Positions 1-13,639 of a stretch of DNA of 64,000 nucleotides are shown here, piece by piece. Each line of letters opens with the position of its first letter. The first letter of the stretch is position 1. This DNA comes from Octopus vulgaris. Its lineage: Eukaryota. The notes under the pieces are model-generated. The model had not been told where the DNA came from and did no database searches. It saw nothing but the letters and a program-made list of their open reading frames with translations. A program made the translations under genes and the position numbers. The DNA lies in the NCBI GenBank assembly GCA_951406725.2, contig OX597832.1:10540001-10604000 (forward strand), given 5' to 3'.

Positions 1-321
1 GAACTCACAGGAATCAACTTGCAAAACGAGATACGGCTATTTTTTTTATAACAGAACGCATGCGATCTGTGGAAAGATGTGCCTTTCAATTGGACGATTG
101 AAAAGGCAAGTCAAAAGACTTCATGCAGTGGCTCTTGTTCCCTCTGCCAGCCAGACACACCTGTGCCTTTATATAATAAAATGTGCAAAACATCGACCAG
201 GCTCAGGAGTCATAAATGTGTCTCACATTGCATAATATAATCATCCAAGATTCGTTTCAATGATTCTGTCTAGCAATGGCTTTGCTCGTATACGAGAATG
301 CAGTTCCTATATATATATATG

Positions 322-361
<40 letters not shown>

Positions 362-410
362 GTATGTATATGCGTGTGACCGTGCATGTGTGTGTGTGTA
401 TAGCCGCTTG

Positions 411-581
411 TTTAGTTGTGTGGTAAGACACCTACTTCTCAATCACGTGGTTCCTGGTTCAGACCAATTGCGTGGCATCTTGGCAAAGTGTGTTTTACTA
501 TTGTCTCGGACTGACAAACGCCTTGTGGATTTGGCAGACGAAAACTGAAAGAAGCCCTTCGTGTATATATGCATATATATG

Positions 582-637
<56 letters not shown>

Positions 638-850
638 TGTGTGTATGTGTGTGTGCGTATGTGTGTGTGTCTGAGTGTTAGTGTGTGTGTGTACGTATAT
701 GCATATATATATATATTATTTACATATATATATATGTATATATATATATATTTACATGCATGTATATTGATATGTCTCTGGTTGCGTACCATGTTGGTAC
801 TGAAGCATGACCACAGCCACCTGGCTGAAATACATAAAAGAATTAAAGAA
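411..850 (+). mobile_element. SINE family A (tRNA-like head, CORE-like 'ggcaagtgtcttc' body, internal TA/TG microsatellite), degraded
   Basis: gtgtggtaag...tggttcctggttcagacc...gcgtggcatcttggcaaagtg...ggatttggcagacgaaaactgaaagaagccc matches the copy at 3255. Confidence 0.75.
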
Positions 851-1580
851 TGCATATACAGAACGTTTGTCCTGATATCTTGCTGTATTTCTACGGATTT
901 TGTGAATTCTGAATTAAAATCACAACATATTGTGGGTAGGAAGAAGACTTCAGCCGTCAACCCATTCAACATAACCATCTAGAATACTGGTGCCTTCAGC
1001 GTAGTTCGGTGTGTTGCATAATGTTGGCGAAACTTTGAGCATAAGCTATCAATTTCCTCCACAATCAATTATAAAGATAGACAGCTAATTGATTCAATGC
1101 AGTGAGAGAAAGATAGAGGGATAGAGAGAGGGAGTGAAAGAGAGAGAGATACTGACAGACAGAGATGCAGTCAGACAGATAGGGTGTTCGCGTGAACTGC
1201 AAGAAATTTCAGCTAAATGTCCTGTACATTCAATCATACCGTTTTCAATGATACCGTACATGTTTCTAAATATATTCTGCAAAACTTTAACATATCCACT
1301 GTATTATGATAGTGTTTGTCGCTCGACCACGCATCATTTACTAGTAAATTACACCAAGATCTTGACACTTCATATACGAAGTGTTAACTGTTATGTTTTC
1401 TTAACTATTCTTAATTCCGTATATCATTTTGTTATACACAAACTCATTCATACGTTCGAATCAGGTTTTCAAATCAGGTCTTTCTACTAATATTATTTTA
1501 CATTATTGTCATTCTACAATAAGTTTCACTCTAACAACACAGGCGTAATTGTTTCTATTTCATCACTGGTTATTTTACAT

Positions 1581-1849
1581 GAATAAAAAATAAAATAAAT
1601 GTTCCTTCTGGAGCCATGCCAGGCTCACAAGGGCAGTTTCCCGGTTTCCGTGGCGTAGAAATTCACAACCTGGACGGAACGCCGGTCCATATCAAGATTA
1701 CTCATTTTTGCCAGCTGGGCGGACTGGAGCGACGTGAAATGAATTTTTTTTCTTCTCAGGAACAAAACGCATCGCCCGGTCCAGGAATCGAAACCACAAT
1801 CTTACGATCATGATACTGATACCCTATCCACAAAATACGTACCTCCATA
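1581..1849 (-). mobile_element. SINE family D (tRNA-derived) with 14-bp TSD
   Basis: Reverse complement matches 48294-48545; TSD tggttattttacat at 1567-1580 and 1850-1863. Confidence 0.8.
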
Positions 1850-2488
1850 TGGTTATTTTACATAAGATATATTATTTCCAAACAATTCGTTTCATTAATC
1901 ATTTCTTTGCGCACGTTAAGATGTTAAGAAGGGAGCGTTATTTTGTTGGTGTGTTTGTGCGTGTATATAAACAGTGGTGTATGTGAGCTTGTCAGTGTGT
2001 GTTCGTGAGTTTCGTTCTATTCCATATTGCATCATATCCTAGCATGTTTATTACAGATATGAAGAACGGAATAAAATATATATTGATTTATTATTACTCT
2101 TAACTTTTTTGCAGTAAACATTTCTATTGTTCTCCTTCGGTAACCAGTTGACCATATTTTATAGTTTTTGAGGAGCATGATACTTAAATATAAATATACA
2201 GTCTGTCAATTTATCCACATATTGGGAAGTAGTTTCAGAGAAGAAAAATTTTCAGCTTGTAACCAGTCTCTTCAAATCGCACCACTTTACATTGGCACTG
2301 GATCACAAGACTACTCCTGATTATAAGTTTCATGTGAGGGGTTGCGTGCAGCAAAATATTCAAAGTGAGAAATCTATGGCCTGCAGGTTTCTGCCCCGAA
2401 TAGGCACCCACTATAATATATAGATATATATATATATATACTTATGCATACATGTATGTCTGTGGGATCGTGTATACATTACATACAT

Positions 2489-2554
<66 letters not shown>

Positions 2555-2571
2555 GTACATGCATATCTATA

Positions 2572-2640
<69 letters not shown>

Positions 2641-3254
2641 GTGTGTGAGCGGTGGCGTTTACAAACATTCGTACGAATTCACACACACAAACACTGATAT
2701 GGGTATCAGAATTTTTGACATTGAGCTATTATACCAGTGATTTTTATGCACACATGATAGTATGGGACGATGTATTTCATTCTGCGTGTGTGTGTCCGTA
2801 TATCTTTTTATCTTTACTGATACGTGTGCGTATGTGTGCGTAAGTGTGTGCCAATGCGAGTGCCCGTTTGTATATTGCTGATGAGGATGCAGAACTGCAT
2901 ACTAGTCTCTCACGTCATGTTTGTTCTGACTTGGAATATATCAAAGACAAGTACGTTAAGTTTGTGTTTCGATTTTCCAAGGAATATACTGTTATCTAAA
3001 TTTGTGCTGGTTATTTCTAGCAGATTGAGTAAACGCTTAGAGGGATGGAATTTGAAGTTGAACATAATACATAAAGCTGAACATAGTACATGAAGTGCTA
3101 TTATTCCCACCATTCTCTATGCATTACGTAAATATGGCCAATATGTAACATTACTATAACGTCTACTGCTCTATATGGAGACGACTGCATACAAATGCTA
3201 TCAAATAATACAACACCATGTTTATTTGCATTATTTTAATATTCAAGACACATA

Positions 3255-3630
3255 GGCGCAGGAGTGGCTGTGTGGTAAGTAGCTTGCTAACCAACCACAC
3301 AGTTGCGGGTTCAGTCCCACTGCGTGGCATCTTGGGCAAGTGTCTTCTGCTATAGCCCCGGGCCGACCAATGCCTTGTGAGTGGATTTGGTAGACGGAAA
3401 CTGAAAGAAGCCCGTCGTATATATGTATATATATATATGTGTATGTGTGTGTATTTGTATGTGTGTGTTTATCCCCCTAGCATTGCTTGACAACCGATGC
3501 TGGTGTGTTTACGTCCCCGTCACTTAGCGGTTCGGCAAAAAGAGACCGATAGAATAAGTACAAAAAGGTGGTGCTCCAGCATGGCCGCAGTCAAATGACT
3601 GAAACAAGTAAAAGAGAAAAAAGAGAAAAG
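3255..3630 (+). mobile_element. SINE family A, near full length
   Basis: ggcgcaggagtggctgtgtggtaag (A box), gggttcagtccc (B box), internal microsatellite, tail gctccagcatggccgcagtcaaatgactgaaacaagtaaaagag; ~10 copies in the window. Confidence 0.9.
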
Positions 3631-4020
3631 AGTATCAGAAAAATCAAGCACAAAACAAAACATGTTTCTATATTAAAGGAACGAATACTACGATTGGCAA
3701 ATATATTGGTTTCAAATTTTGGTTCCATAAATCCTAAATTTTATTTTAGAATTTAGGGGAGCAACCGTGTTTGAAGACTCATATTGTCGTTGAATGCTCG
3801 AAATGGGGAGTAGCGATAGACAGCCGACAATTGATGAAGGGACACATCTCTGTGTTTACTTGTCCTGTTTTCCACGGGAAGGAATATAGATGTTGCACCG
3901 ATGGTAGTCGAACCAAGAAAGAAAAGTGGAAAGAACGAAGTAAGTGTGAAGGGGATGAAAGAAAGAAAGACTGAAAGAATAAGAGTCGTACAAAAATTAT
4001 ATATATATATCTTTTTTTTT

Positions 4021-4242
4021 TTTGTACTTGTTTCAGTCATTTGACTGCGGCCATGCTGGAGCACCGCCTTTTAGAGTGGTGAAAGAGTACAGCAGGGATC
4101 ACCACCATCCCCTGCCGGAGCCTCGTGGAGCTTTTAGGTGTTTTCGCTCAATAAACACACACAACGCCCGGTCTGGGAATCGAAACCGCGATCCTCCGAC
4201 CGCAAGTCCGCTGCCCTAACCACTGGGCCATTGCGCCTCCAC
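4021..4242 (-). mobile_element. SINE family C tRNA-like head (4074-4242) abutting a family A 3' tail (4021-4073)
   Basis: Minus strand ggaggcgcaatggcccagtggttagggcagcggac...ggtttcgattcccagacc has A/B boxes; body matches 34410-34620. Confidence 0.8.
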
Positions 4243-4764
4243 ATCTATATATTATATATGCATAAATCTACGCTCATCCACTTACTAACACGTTGATTCA
4301 TGGACAATGCATATATGCATGTAGATATATATGTAAGCATGTAGGCATGTTTTTATGTTTAAAATAACTGCATTCATCTTTATTGTCCATAGTCATGTCA
4401 CTGATTTTACTAACTTATTTCCCTGAGTACAATTTTTTTTTTCAATAGTACAACTAACTCTAATGTATAACATTTTTCTATTGCTTAAGTGCATGTTTAT
4501 AGCATTTTTTTTTCCGGAGAAGGTAATATAAATGATGTGTTTGATACATCTCTACTGTGGCAGAATACATGCCAGGAAATTTTCTCTTCATTCCAGAAAT
4601 TGAGACACTTATTTTTTTACTTCCTTCCATATTAAATTCAAAGAAATCTTGACTCCTGAGATTGTCAGCTTACATGCATTTGGTTACAGTTGCCATGATG
4701 TGACTTTTAGTTTATTTCAATCGAAAAGAAGATAATTTTATTAAAAGTTAATCTTCTAACATTC

Positions 4765-5114
4765 TTTTACTCTTTTCTACGCTTCAGTGAATTTGTCTGC
4801 GGCCATGCTGGAGCACCACCTTCAAGGGTTTCAGTCGGAAAAATCGACCCCAAAACTTTTTATAAGCCTAGTACTTTTTCTCTCGGTCTATTTCGGAGTG
4901 GGAGATATAAACAGATACAATAACGCACACACATAAATACATATACACGTTTACGACGGGTCTCTTTCGGTTTCTGTCGACCAAATCATTCACAGGTCTC
5001 CGGTCGGCCCAGGGCTAAAGTAGTGGACATTTGCCCAAGGTTCCACACAGTAGTACTGAAACAGAAATTACGAGGTTGCGAAGCAAGCTTCTTACGACAC
5101 AGCCAAGCCTGCGC
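4765..5114 (-). mobile_element. SINE family A, degraded
   Basis: ggccatgctggagcacc, tacgacgggtctctttcgg and cttacgacacagcc are reverse-complement matches to family A. Confidence 0.75.
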
Positions 5115-7465
5115 GTATTTAATGTCACCTTATTTTTCTGGTCCATATTCAAGCAACTGGAATCTCAGATTTCGTGCGAAATATTTCAGTGCATACTTAG
5201 ATACATGTATATGTGTGTGTTTCTGTGTGTGTATATGTTTAAGTGAATACAGATATTCTTTATTACTTACTTATACAAGCAAACGCAGAGGTATACCTGC
5301 ATTTACAAATACATATGGGGTTTGCGCATATCTGCTTGTGTGTGTGTGTGATAAGATGGTTACGCTACGACTCGAATACATTTAACCATATTGAGCCTCA
5401 ATCGCCTCAATCAACGACGGTATCAACAACAAAACACTAAAAACAAGCACATTTTTTTTTCAATATGTAAAGAAAAACATAGTTTTCTGGGGAGTTTTTT
5501 TCCTATTCTTTTCGTTGTATTTGCGATGTACAGAAAGAGTGAAAGTTTTATGACAACGTGAATACAGATAAGAGAATTGATCAATACAATACGTAGTGAA
5601 ATTGGAGTTTTATTCCCTGAGGAACAGACAGAAACTGAACACGATCTGGTGCTACAATTAACTTATATTGTAGTGTGTCAAAATTATATTTTTTTACGAT
5701 TCACCCCATAGGTATTTTTTTTCTAAAAACACTTCTCTTTTTTTCTAAATGAAGCAATGTATAAACTCCTAGGTTTTGTTAGAAATCTCATCTCTATTTC
5801 TTCCAGTATGCTTTGCAGAGGAAACTATATCCGGAGTTACTTATTATACATAGAGCAATATAATTCCTACCGCCTCGCAGCATTATCAACTCAAGTAAAC
5901 TTTTTTACACTGGTTATTTTTAAATAGATTGTCTCATTTTATAGTTGTCTCTAACTTAAGCACAAGGCCAGTAATGTTTAAGGGACGGAGTTCTTCTCTA
6001 ACGGACTCTAGCTGAACAGATGCACTATTGGATGGACTTGGATGGACTAATACACCGCACGAATTATCTATCAGTTTCGTTTCTTTTTTTCCTTCGGCAA
6101 TAACTATTCTATTTCCATGAAATATTGTAACTTTTCTGCAGTCATATCTATATTCAAGATGAGATGATTATTCTCACCTTTTATATTTTCTCTGTTTTTA
6201 ATATAAAGACAGTTACAAATTCCTTTCCTCGGGCGAGAGATATTACATTTGCATGAAACATTGTGTTTTGCCTACTGTCAAATGTATATGCTAGATGTAA
6301 TTACTATTTACTCCCTGAATTTGTGCTCACTTTCTTAGCATAAAGAGTCTTATAGATTTTACTTATCCAAAATTCTGAAACAACACATTAAAACAAAAAT
6401 CATGAATAATGATGAGCTGCTGCTTCGGTAAAAATTAATATGCAAATTTCGAGCTGTAGAACATATTTTATGCTGGAGAAAGATGTTAAGAGATATTGAT
6501 GGCAATATACGAAACAGAAATTGAAAGACAAGCGAGAAGAGTAAAGAAATCTATATATGAGATGAGAAAGGTGATGTAATATAAGTAGAAGGAAAGACAA
6601 GATGTGTTACTGGAGGAGGGCTATTTGAGAGCGGGGAGGAAATAAAAGAAAGGCCACTAGACCTTTAGAGAGCCATTATAGAAAGAGGGCAATAATAGCA
6701 AACTACATATAAACACACTCACGAATATATATATATATATATAACATCCCTTACACCATTCCTACAACTAAAAAATCTTTATTACTTCAAATCTTATAGC
6801 AGTTAGATACAGCCATAACCTGGTCAGTCATGGCAGAACTTCACAACCTCATATGTTCTTAAAATTTAAATCTACATCTTTATCTGTATATCTACCTTCT
6901 CTATAATGTTACTACTTGATTTGAAAGCTTTTGTAGGAATGGAAAACCTTTATATTTGGTTGATGAGCACTCAGTATCTTAAGTCTGCTGTAATACTTAC
7001 AACTTTTAATAAAATGATGTAGTGTGAAACAATTGTATCAAATTACCGGAGTCATTCTTGTTGCTTATTTTGATTTTATATATATATACATATATTTATA
7101 CTCACACACACAAACATATACTTACGTGTGTATGAGAAGTGGGATTTTTTCACATGGATTCTAGTATGTGTTACAAAATTATTGTTCTGATTTCAAATTC
7201 CATTACCTACAAATTTATTTATCATTATACTAGGATGTATAAAATAAAATAGCACTCCCGTGAACAAGATTGTTAGCTCTGGTTCCTTCTGGATTCACAT
7301 GCACCGGATCTCATTCAAGATCTCACTGTTCACTTCCACAGTATCTATGACGTTGAGGTGATATTGGGGAATGTGCTGCAAGATAAACCTTTTACTTATA
7401 ACAAAAACAATATTAAGCGAAACTGTGGGTTGTCAGACGCCAGTCATACATATATATATGTATAC

Positions 7466-7686
7466 ACGAGAGGCTGCTGAAAAGCTCCTAGTTTTGGGTA
7501 AGAGAGAATACTGGAGGATCAGTTTATTATGTTTTATTCAACACGTTCTCCTCTTAGAGTCATATACTTATTGCAGTGGACCATTAATTTCTTTCTAAGC
7601 TCTGTAAAGGAAATCGCAACATCGGTCCTTTAATCACGTCGTATGCGATAACCTTCAAGCTAGGAAATGTTCAGCACCATCCTCTT
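7466..7686. mobile_element. Tc1/mariner-type MITE relic
   Basis: Imperfect terminal inverted repeats acgagaggctgctgaaaagctcctag and ctaggaaatgttcagcaccatcctc in a TA-rich context. Confidence 0.5.
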
Positions 7687-9326
7687 CTGAGTATGTACAT
7701 ATACATATATATATATATATATATGTAATATTATATGTTATATAAACACAAAAACACACACACACTTACTGGAAGAACGTAGGCTCGATACATTAAAGTC
7801 TTTTTCACTTCCCTAGGGTTATACTAATACATCTGTTTGTTGTCTACAGCACCTGCCTTTGTCTTTCGTTATTTTTTTTTTGTAAATTCCTACTATATAT
7901 ATACATATATATGCAAATAAAATCCCATATATACGTGAATAAAGGCATGTATGCAGCTTTACCCTGGGATCCTTTTCTGCGCATATTGCAAGTCGATCAC
8001 AAAGTAAAGATTCACGACAAATTTTAACGATGCACAAACACTTTTGTACTGATTTCATGTACTTTGCCTGCAGGGGCGGAGATTTATCCAAATTTAAACA
8101 CACACACACACATACACGCACACACACACACACACACACATTGACACATAGCCAAAAATACGCAAATACAAGCGCACAGGGCAAGAAATTCAGATATCCA
8201 TAAAGTAAAGTAGCTTCTATCAACTGTAGTCTCGTGTTAACTCGAGTGCTGAAAGTCAGTATGTTTACCCTAAACAACTTTGCCATATCATCCCAAAAAA
8301 GCATCATGTTAATTTCCTAAAACCAATCACTTCCTTCTCCAGAGTCATATTCCTGTGCCACATACAAGGTTTGGTAGACTTTGACCAACGCGTAAATCGT
8401 TTGTTCTCAGTTATTTCTGTCTTGTTCACACTATAATCTATTTCATGCCATCAACCAAACTGATAGATGAATGGCTTCAGGGCAATCCTCACAAAACTCT
8501 AAACGAAGCTGCATCCACTCAACGAGTAAGATGCGCAGTCCATCATGTCATGACCTTTCTTATGTTTTTGCTCACTCGGCTGCATCAAACTCTTTCACCG
8601 CTCTCTTTGCATTTGTAATATAAGATAAAGATGACGAGTGTTAACTGAAGTAGAATAATACAAGACGGTGTGTTAATAAACAATGACAGCGATAGGTTTC
8701 TACTCGTGATGAAAATCATAAGGTCAGCTTCCTTACGTAGACTTAATCAATGATGATCAAACGCTCACCAACTCGACACATTCTTCAATCAGCAATACAA
8801 TAATGTACAATGTATCATTCAAGTTAATTAAAATTAAAACATTTTACGTGCGTTCTTCGAGAGTTCATTTGCTGCTTTTGATGTAATTGTTATACAATTT
8901 ATATACTCAAAACTAAACAAGAACATTATAAAAATGAGACAGCTTTGAAATTTAGTTTTACACGCTTAATACTTAGTCACACGTCAGCCGTAATGAAGCA
9001 GACATTTGATAAAGTAGATTGTAATCTGGACAAACAGCATTATTATTGATCGTAAGATATCTAGGAAAATAATGTTTTATCTGCCAAAAAGCCATCATTA
9101 ATTCAGTACGTGCAAATCTGGAAATATATCCTAAGATTAAATTTTCTTTGCTAGCAGAGTAAGTTGTAATAAGAGGGATATACTATTGAGAATATAAGTA
9201 ATTGGTTAATCTTCTGTCTGATATGTATAAGTCATGAAATATATGTATACATGGAGACGGAATAATTCAGAGATACAGCCGCACAGAGAGACGCATATGT
9301 ACATAGATATAAACATATCTGCATGA

Positions 9327-9366
<40 letters not shown>

Positions 9367-9397
9367 AGGTAAACGCAGCTGTTATTCAAATTCTTTT

Positions 9398-9486
9398 ACT
9401 TTCACATGTGTTTCAAAGACAACATTGGTATTATTCCAGAAGGATTAACTTGGTGTAAAACAATGCAATATCCTCATCAGGAAAAG
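9398..9486 (-). ncRNA. Degenerate Penelope-type hammerhead ribozyme motif
   Basis: Minus strand ctttt-c-CTGATGA-(long stem II)-GAAA-cacatgtg-aaag with a palindromic stem III; the cleavage triplet reads GUG, so it is probably inactive. Confidence 0.45.
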
Positions 9487-9517
9487 AAAGAAAACAAACA
9501 CATCAATAAAACTTATT

Positions 9518-9809
9518 GCAGTTCTATATTTAAGAGATGAGGAAGTATGTACATTATTTACATTATTTACATTTGACAGATATTGTTCTTATCGTGTTTG
9601 TTGTTAATACAACGTTTCGGCTGATATAACCCCCAGCTTTCATCAGGTGTCTTAGAGAAATTTCGAACATTATGAATAAGAACCCAGGTTCAAAATTTCC
9701 CCAAGACACCTGATGAAGGCTGGAGGGTATATCAGCCGAAATGTTGTGTGAACAACAAACAAGATGAGAACAAATATCCGTCAAATGTAAATAATTTAAA
9801 TAATGTACA
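9518..9809. repeat. Palindrome with ~120-bp arms, each carrying a hammerhead core
   Basis: Arms 9548-9668 and 9688-9809 are reverse complements; gacac-CTGATGA-aggctg...cagcc-GAAA-(c/t)gtt-gtgt. Confidence 0.85.
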
Positions 9810-10094
9810 GCAATAAGATATTTTAAGAGAATGTGATAACTGCATATATGATGAAATGAACGCTATAAGGTTGTTTTTCTTTAAACCGTTAGTAGATTCA
9901 ATGTTGTGATAGTTAATAGAAAGAGAAGTAGGAGGAAGAAATTAGCAGAAAGCTAATTGTGGAGAGATATAGAGTGATAGGTGAATTGGAATATAGCATA
10001 AAGGCATGGAAGTAGATATATTTAGTGGAAGTGAAATGTAAGAAGACAGAGAAAGGTCGAATTTTATAGAATGGTAGAAACTACTCATAGGAAA

Positions 10095-10620
10095 TAAAGG
10101 TATGTTTCTGCCAATATTTGCAACGATAAACTCATGCTATAAACATGTTTACAAGGCGATTCTCAGAACAGGATAAATTACATTTGACTGTTACAAAGCG
10201 AATAAAATGATTTACCTTTGTCAAACGGTAAAGATATTAAAATGTTTATTATGATCTTTTATTTAGGATATTAAATTGTTTATTATGATCTATTAGATGC
10301 CAGATTAATTTACTAAGCGCAGTATTGTTACATTTATTGATATGCCTAAAGGTAAAGTAATTATTAGAAACTCTTTTGGACAAATGAGATGAAGAATTAC
10401 GTATATAAAAATAGATGTCAGTACCGAAAGTAATTTTACATTGAGAAATAGAGTTTCTAGTCTTAGAATTACTGCTAAGAATACGAATGCGTTTGGTGTC
10501 AACTACTGAAACAATAACTCCGCTATTATTATTTAAAGAATGGTTAGTGTTAACAACGTTAAGTGGATTTGTATCTAACAACTTATTATTATGTGAAGAG
10601 ATGATTTGCGAAAGATTTTT
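10095..10620 (-). pseudogene. Penelope-like element GIY-YIG endonuclease C-terminal relic
   Basis: Translation ..QCKITFGTDIYFYIRNSSSHLSKRVSNNYFTFRHINKCNNTALSKLIWHL..PFDKGKSFYSLCN resembles the PLE GIY-YIG pattern (Y-x-C...YIG...R..H..F...T.LS..IW); stops and frameshifts present. Confidence 0.7.
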
Positions 10621-10786
10621 GTGTTATATATATAAAGACTTTTGTGTTATATATATATAGGGTGGACATCCCATATATAACGCAGTATTTTATACGTTTG
10701 TTTCTTAATCTAGAATGTACTCTCATTTATTTTCTATAATGCTCTTCCATCTTTCTGGTAGACTTGCAAGGCCTCCTAAATTCACT

Positions 10787-10850
10787 TCTCCGTGACGAAA
10801 ACACTACTCCAGTACTATTCTCCGTGACGAAAAACACTACTCCAATACTG
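10787..10850 (+). repeat. ~33-bp tandem duplication
   Basis: ttctccgtgacgaaaacactactccagtact occurs twice. Confidence 0.8.
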
Positions 10851-11331
10851 CTCTGACCCCATCTAAAGAAATCATATTTTTTCGTCCCAATGACTTTGAA
10901 GACTGCAGAATAAAAGATAAAAAGATGGGTGAATACACAAACGACATAGCGTATACTCTTTGTACAACATGACGGCAGACAGACAAAAGGTGCCTAGTTC
11001 TTTATCAGTTATCAACCATATGGTATTACTCAGTTTCGTACCATTAATCATAAGACAGAGAACTTTCCATGCAGGCAGTGCCAGCAAAACCTCCGAAGGA
11101 TATAAGGCCGAGAGCAGCTAAAAATGAAATATATATGGAATGGACATACAAAAGTGAAAAAATGTGATTTAAGACAATGGACAAGGACAGAAAATATAAG
11201 AAACGAGTAAAATATAACTTCAGGGTAAATGAAGAAATGAATGGTGCGTAACGCTTCGGTTTTTCTTCAAATAACTAATGTCGTATACGTGAAGGCAAAA
11301 CTGAAAGCTTGCCGGTGGTGTATGTGTGTAT

Positions 11332-11563
11332 AAGGCGGTGAGCTGGCAGAAACGAAAGCACGCCGGGCGAAATGCGTAGCCGTATTTCGTCTGTCGTTAC
11401 GCTGTGAGTTCAAATTCCGCCGAGGTCGACTTTGCCTCATCCTTTCGGGGTCGATAAATTAAGTACCAGTTACGCACTGGGGTCGATGTAATCGACTTAA
11501 TACCTATGTCTGTCCTTGTTTGTCCCCTTCTGTGTTTAGCCCCTTGTGGGTAGTAAAGAAATA
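11332..11563 (+). mobile_element. SINE family B (Meta-domain-like) with 18-bp TSD
   Basis: ggcggtgagctggcagaa...gagttcaaattcc...catcctttcggggtcgataaattaagtaccag; TSD ggtggtgtatgtgtgtat at 11314-11331 and 11564-11581. Confidence 0.9.
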
Positions 11564-11854
11564 GGTGGTGTATGTGTGTATTTCTTTCATTCTATCCCAA
11601 GGGATACAAAACAGTCACATACAGAGAATTTTCAATATGTGTGAAAAAGGGTGAGAAACAAGAAAAGCTGTCCACGGGTGACGTGAAAGCAGCAGTGGCA
11701 GAAAGAGCGAAACAGAAATAAGACAAAGAAAGGGATGAAGGGGGAAAGCGTAAAAAGGAAATGACTAGGAATACAAGAAGGCGGGAGAGATGAAAGAAGA
11801 ACGAACGGAGGATATACGTGTATATGTACATCTATATATATGTATTTATGTATG

Positions 11855-11931
<77 letters not shown>

Positions 11932-12110
11932 TCATATTTCGGTTAGTTAAGTTAGAGGTTAAAATAACCGTCTAAAGCATAGAAGTATCCATTAAACTAC
12001 CAGTATATTACCTATATTTAGCCATGGACATACATATTCAAACATATTATTTCATAACTTATAGGTAAAGACAAGTATAAATGTGTTTTATCAAGAATCC
12101 AAATTTAAAC

Positions 12111-12276
12111 AAAACAGAAAATAGAGAAGCAGAGAATAAGAACAATTCACTTACATAGATTATTATTTATTAATTCAAAGCAATGTAAATAGCTTGCAGT
12201 GTATTTGCTTTGAATTAATAAGTAATAATAGATGTAAGTGAATTTTTGTTAATCAGTGCTTCTCTATTTCCGGTTT
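12111..12276. repeat. Palindromic element, ~73-bp arms, abutting (TA)n
   Basis: aaatagagaagca...aattcacttacat..attattatttattaattcaaagcaa versus ttgctttgaattaataagtaataat..atgtaagtgaatt...tgcttctctattt. Confidence 0.8.
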
Positions 12277-12278
12277 TC

Positions 12279-12326
<48 letters not shown>

Positions 12327-12489
12327 TAATTATAAAGGTTACAAACCTCATTAAGGCATAGTGATGTCCAACGAAATTACTGGTTGGTTATCTATAAAAA
12401 GAATGTTGAACATTACAATTAATATTCAACTTTGAGGTAACTCTATGAACAGTGGTTTACATGTATTTATTTATTTAAAGAAGAGAAGA

Positions 12490-12748
12490 AATTAATTAAT
12501 TATTATTTATTATTCAAACAAATTGTCATCTCTTACAGCTGTTTCAATTATAGTCATTCATAAAATTAATTATTAAATTAAAAATTAATTGAAGTCAAAT
12601 CTCGTCGGAGGTGGTTTAACCCATGTCTCACAAGATTCGACATTGAAATAATTATCATTTTTATTAAGTAATTACTATAGATCTAAAATTAAAACAGCTG
12701 GAACAGATGTTGTAAGCTTTTTTTAATTAATGAATAATATTTTATTAA
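12490..12748. repeat. Degenerate palindrome with Penelope-type hammerhead remnant
   Basis: cttacagctgtttcaatt versus aattaaaacagctg; minus strand ccgacga...GAAACAGCTGTAAGAG. Confidence 0.5.
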
Positions 12749-12791
12749 CTGCCTCTCCATTTTCTCATCTTATTTAAATATACATACATAC

Positions 12792-12822
<31 letters not shown>

Positions 12823-13162
12823 CATATATATACATATATATATATATATATTCACGTATATGTAAAGAGAAAGTAAGTGAGAATGTGTGTTGGTATGTAT
12901 GCTTAGACGTTTCTGAATATGTGTGGATACGTGCTTTCTCCTGGTCATTTGCAGATTAAGGGTTTGTTTCATATCATCTCTACAAGAACGCCAGTTTAAA
13001 ATGTCGGTCTTGTGTGAAAACATTAAACAACCCATTTGATGAAATGAATTAAAGAGAGTGAAATGAATTCTGAGATTTATGTTATCGACAATGAGGTCCG
13101 TTTTTGTCAATGTACACCATTAAATTCAGAGTTCAATGGTGCAAGCAGTGATATGATTATTC

Positions 13163-13199
<37 letters not shown>

Positions 13200-13254
13200 A
13201 ATCTTTGTGTTCGCGTTAGAATGTGTTTGTACGTATAAGTAGTGCGTTAGAACA

Positions 13255-13296
<42 letters not shown>

Positions 13297-13639
13297 TACG
13301 TATGTGTGTGTGTGTGCGTGTATGCAAGTAAGTATGTATATGATTTCTCTATAAGTTTAGATTTTTTTCAAATATATAATGCTGTAACCTGAAGGCAAAA
13401 CTGAAAGCTTGGCGGTGGTGTATGTGTGCATTTATTTAATTCATTTGAAGTAGTGTATTCTAATTTTAATTTCTTCTTTTAATTTTATTTCATTATTACA
13501 TAATTCGCTATATTAACTTTCTCTACTAAAAGTTTTCTCTCATACTATTCCTCTATTGCTTTCCCCTTTACCCCGTCCACCACTTTTCTATTTCTTCCTT
13601 CCTACTTTCTCCCGCTTCTTCCTATCATTGTTATTATCA

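Noticed and set aside
276-982. Long ORFs rich in YI/CV/HT (also near 2444, 16443, 23054, 35448 and 43700)
   Set aside because: These are translations of (TA)n/(TG)n microsatellites, which lack stop codons; they are not genes.
4170-4242. tRNA-like sequences (also at 48294, 60325 and 33355)
   Set aside because: They have A/B boxes but run directly into repeat bodies and lack a clean cloverleaf; they are SINE heads, not tRNA genes.
10787-10850. Short direct repeats as a possible CRISPR array
   Set aside because: Only two adjacent units, no spacers, no cas genes, and a eukaryotic context.
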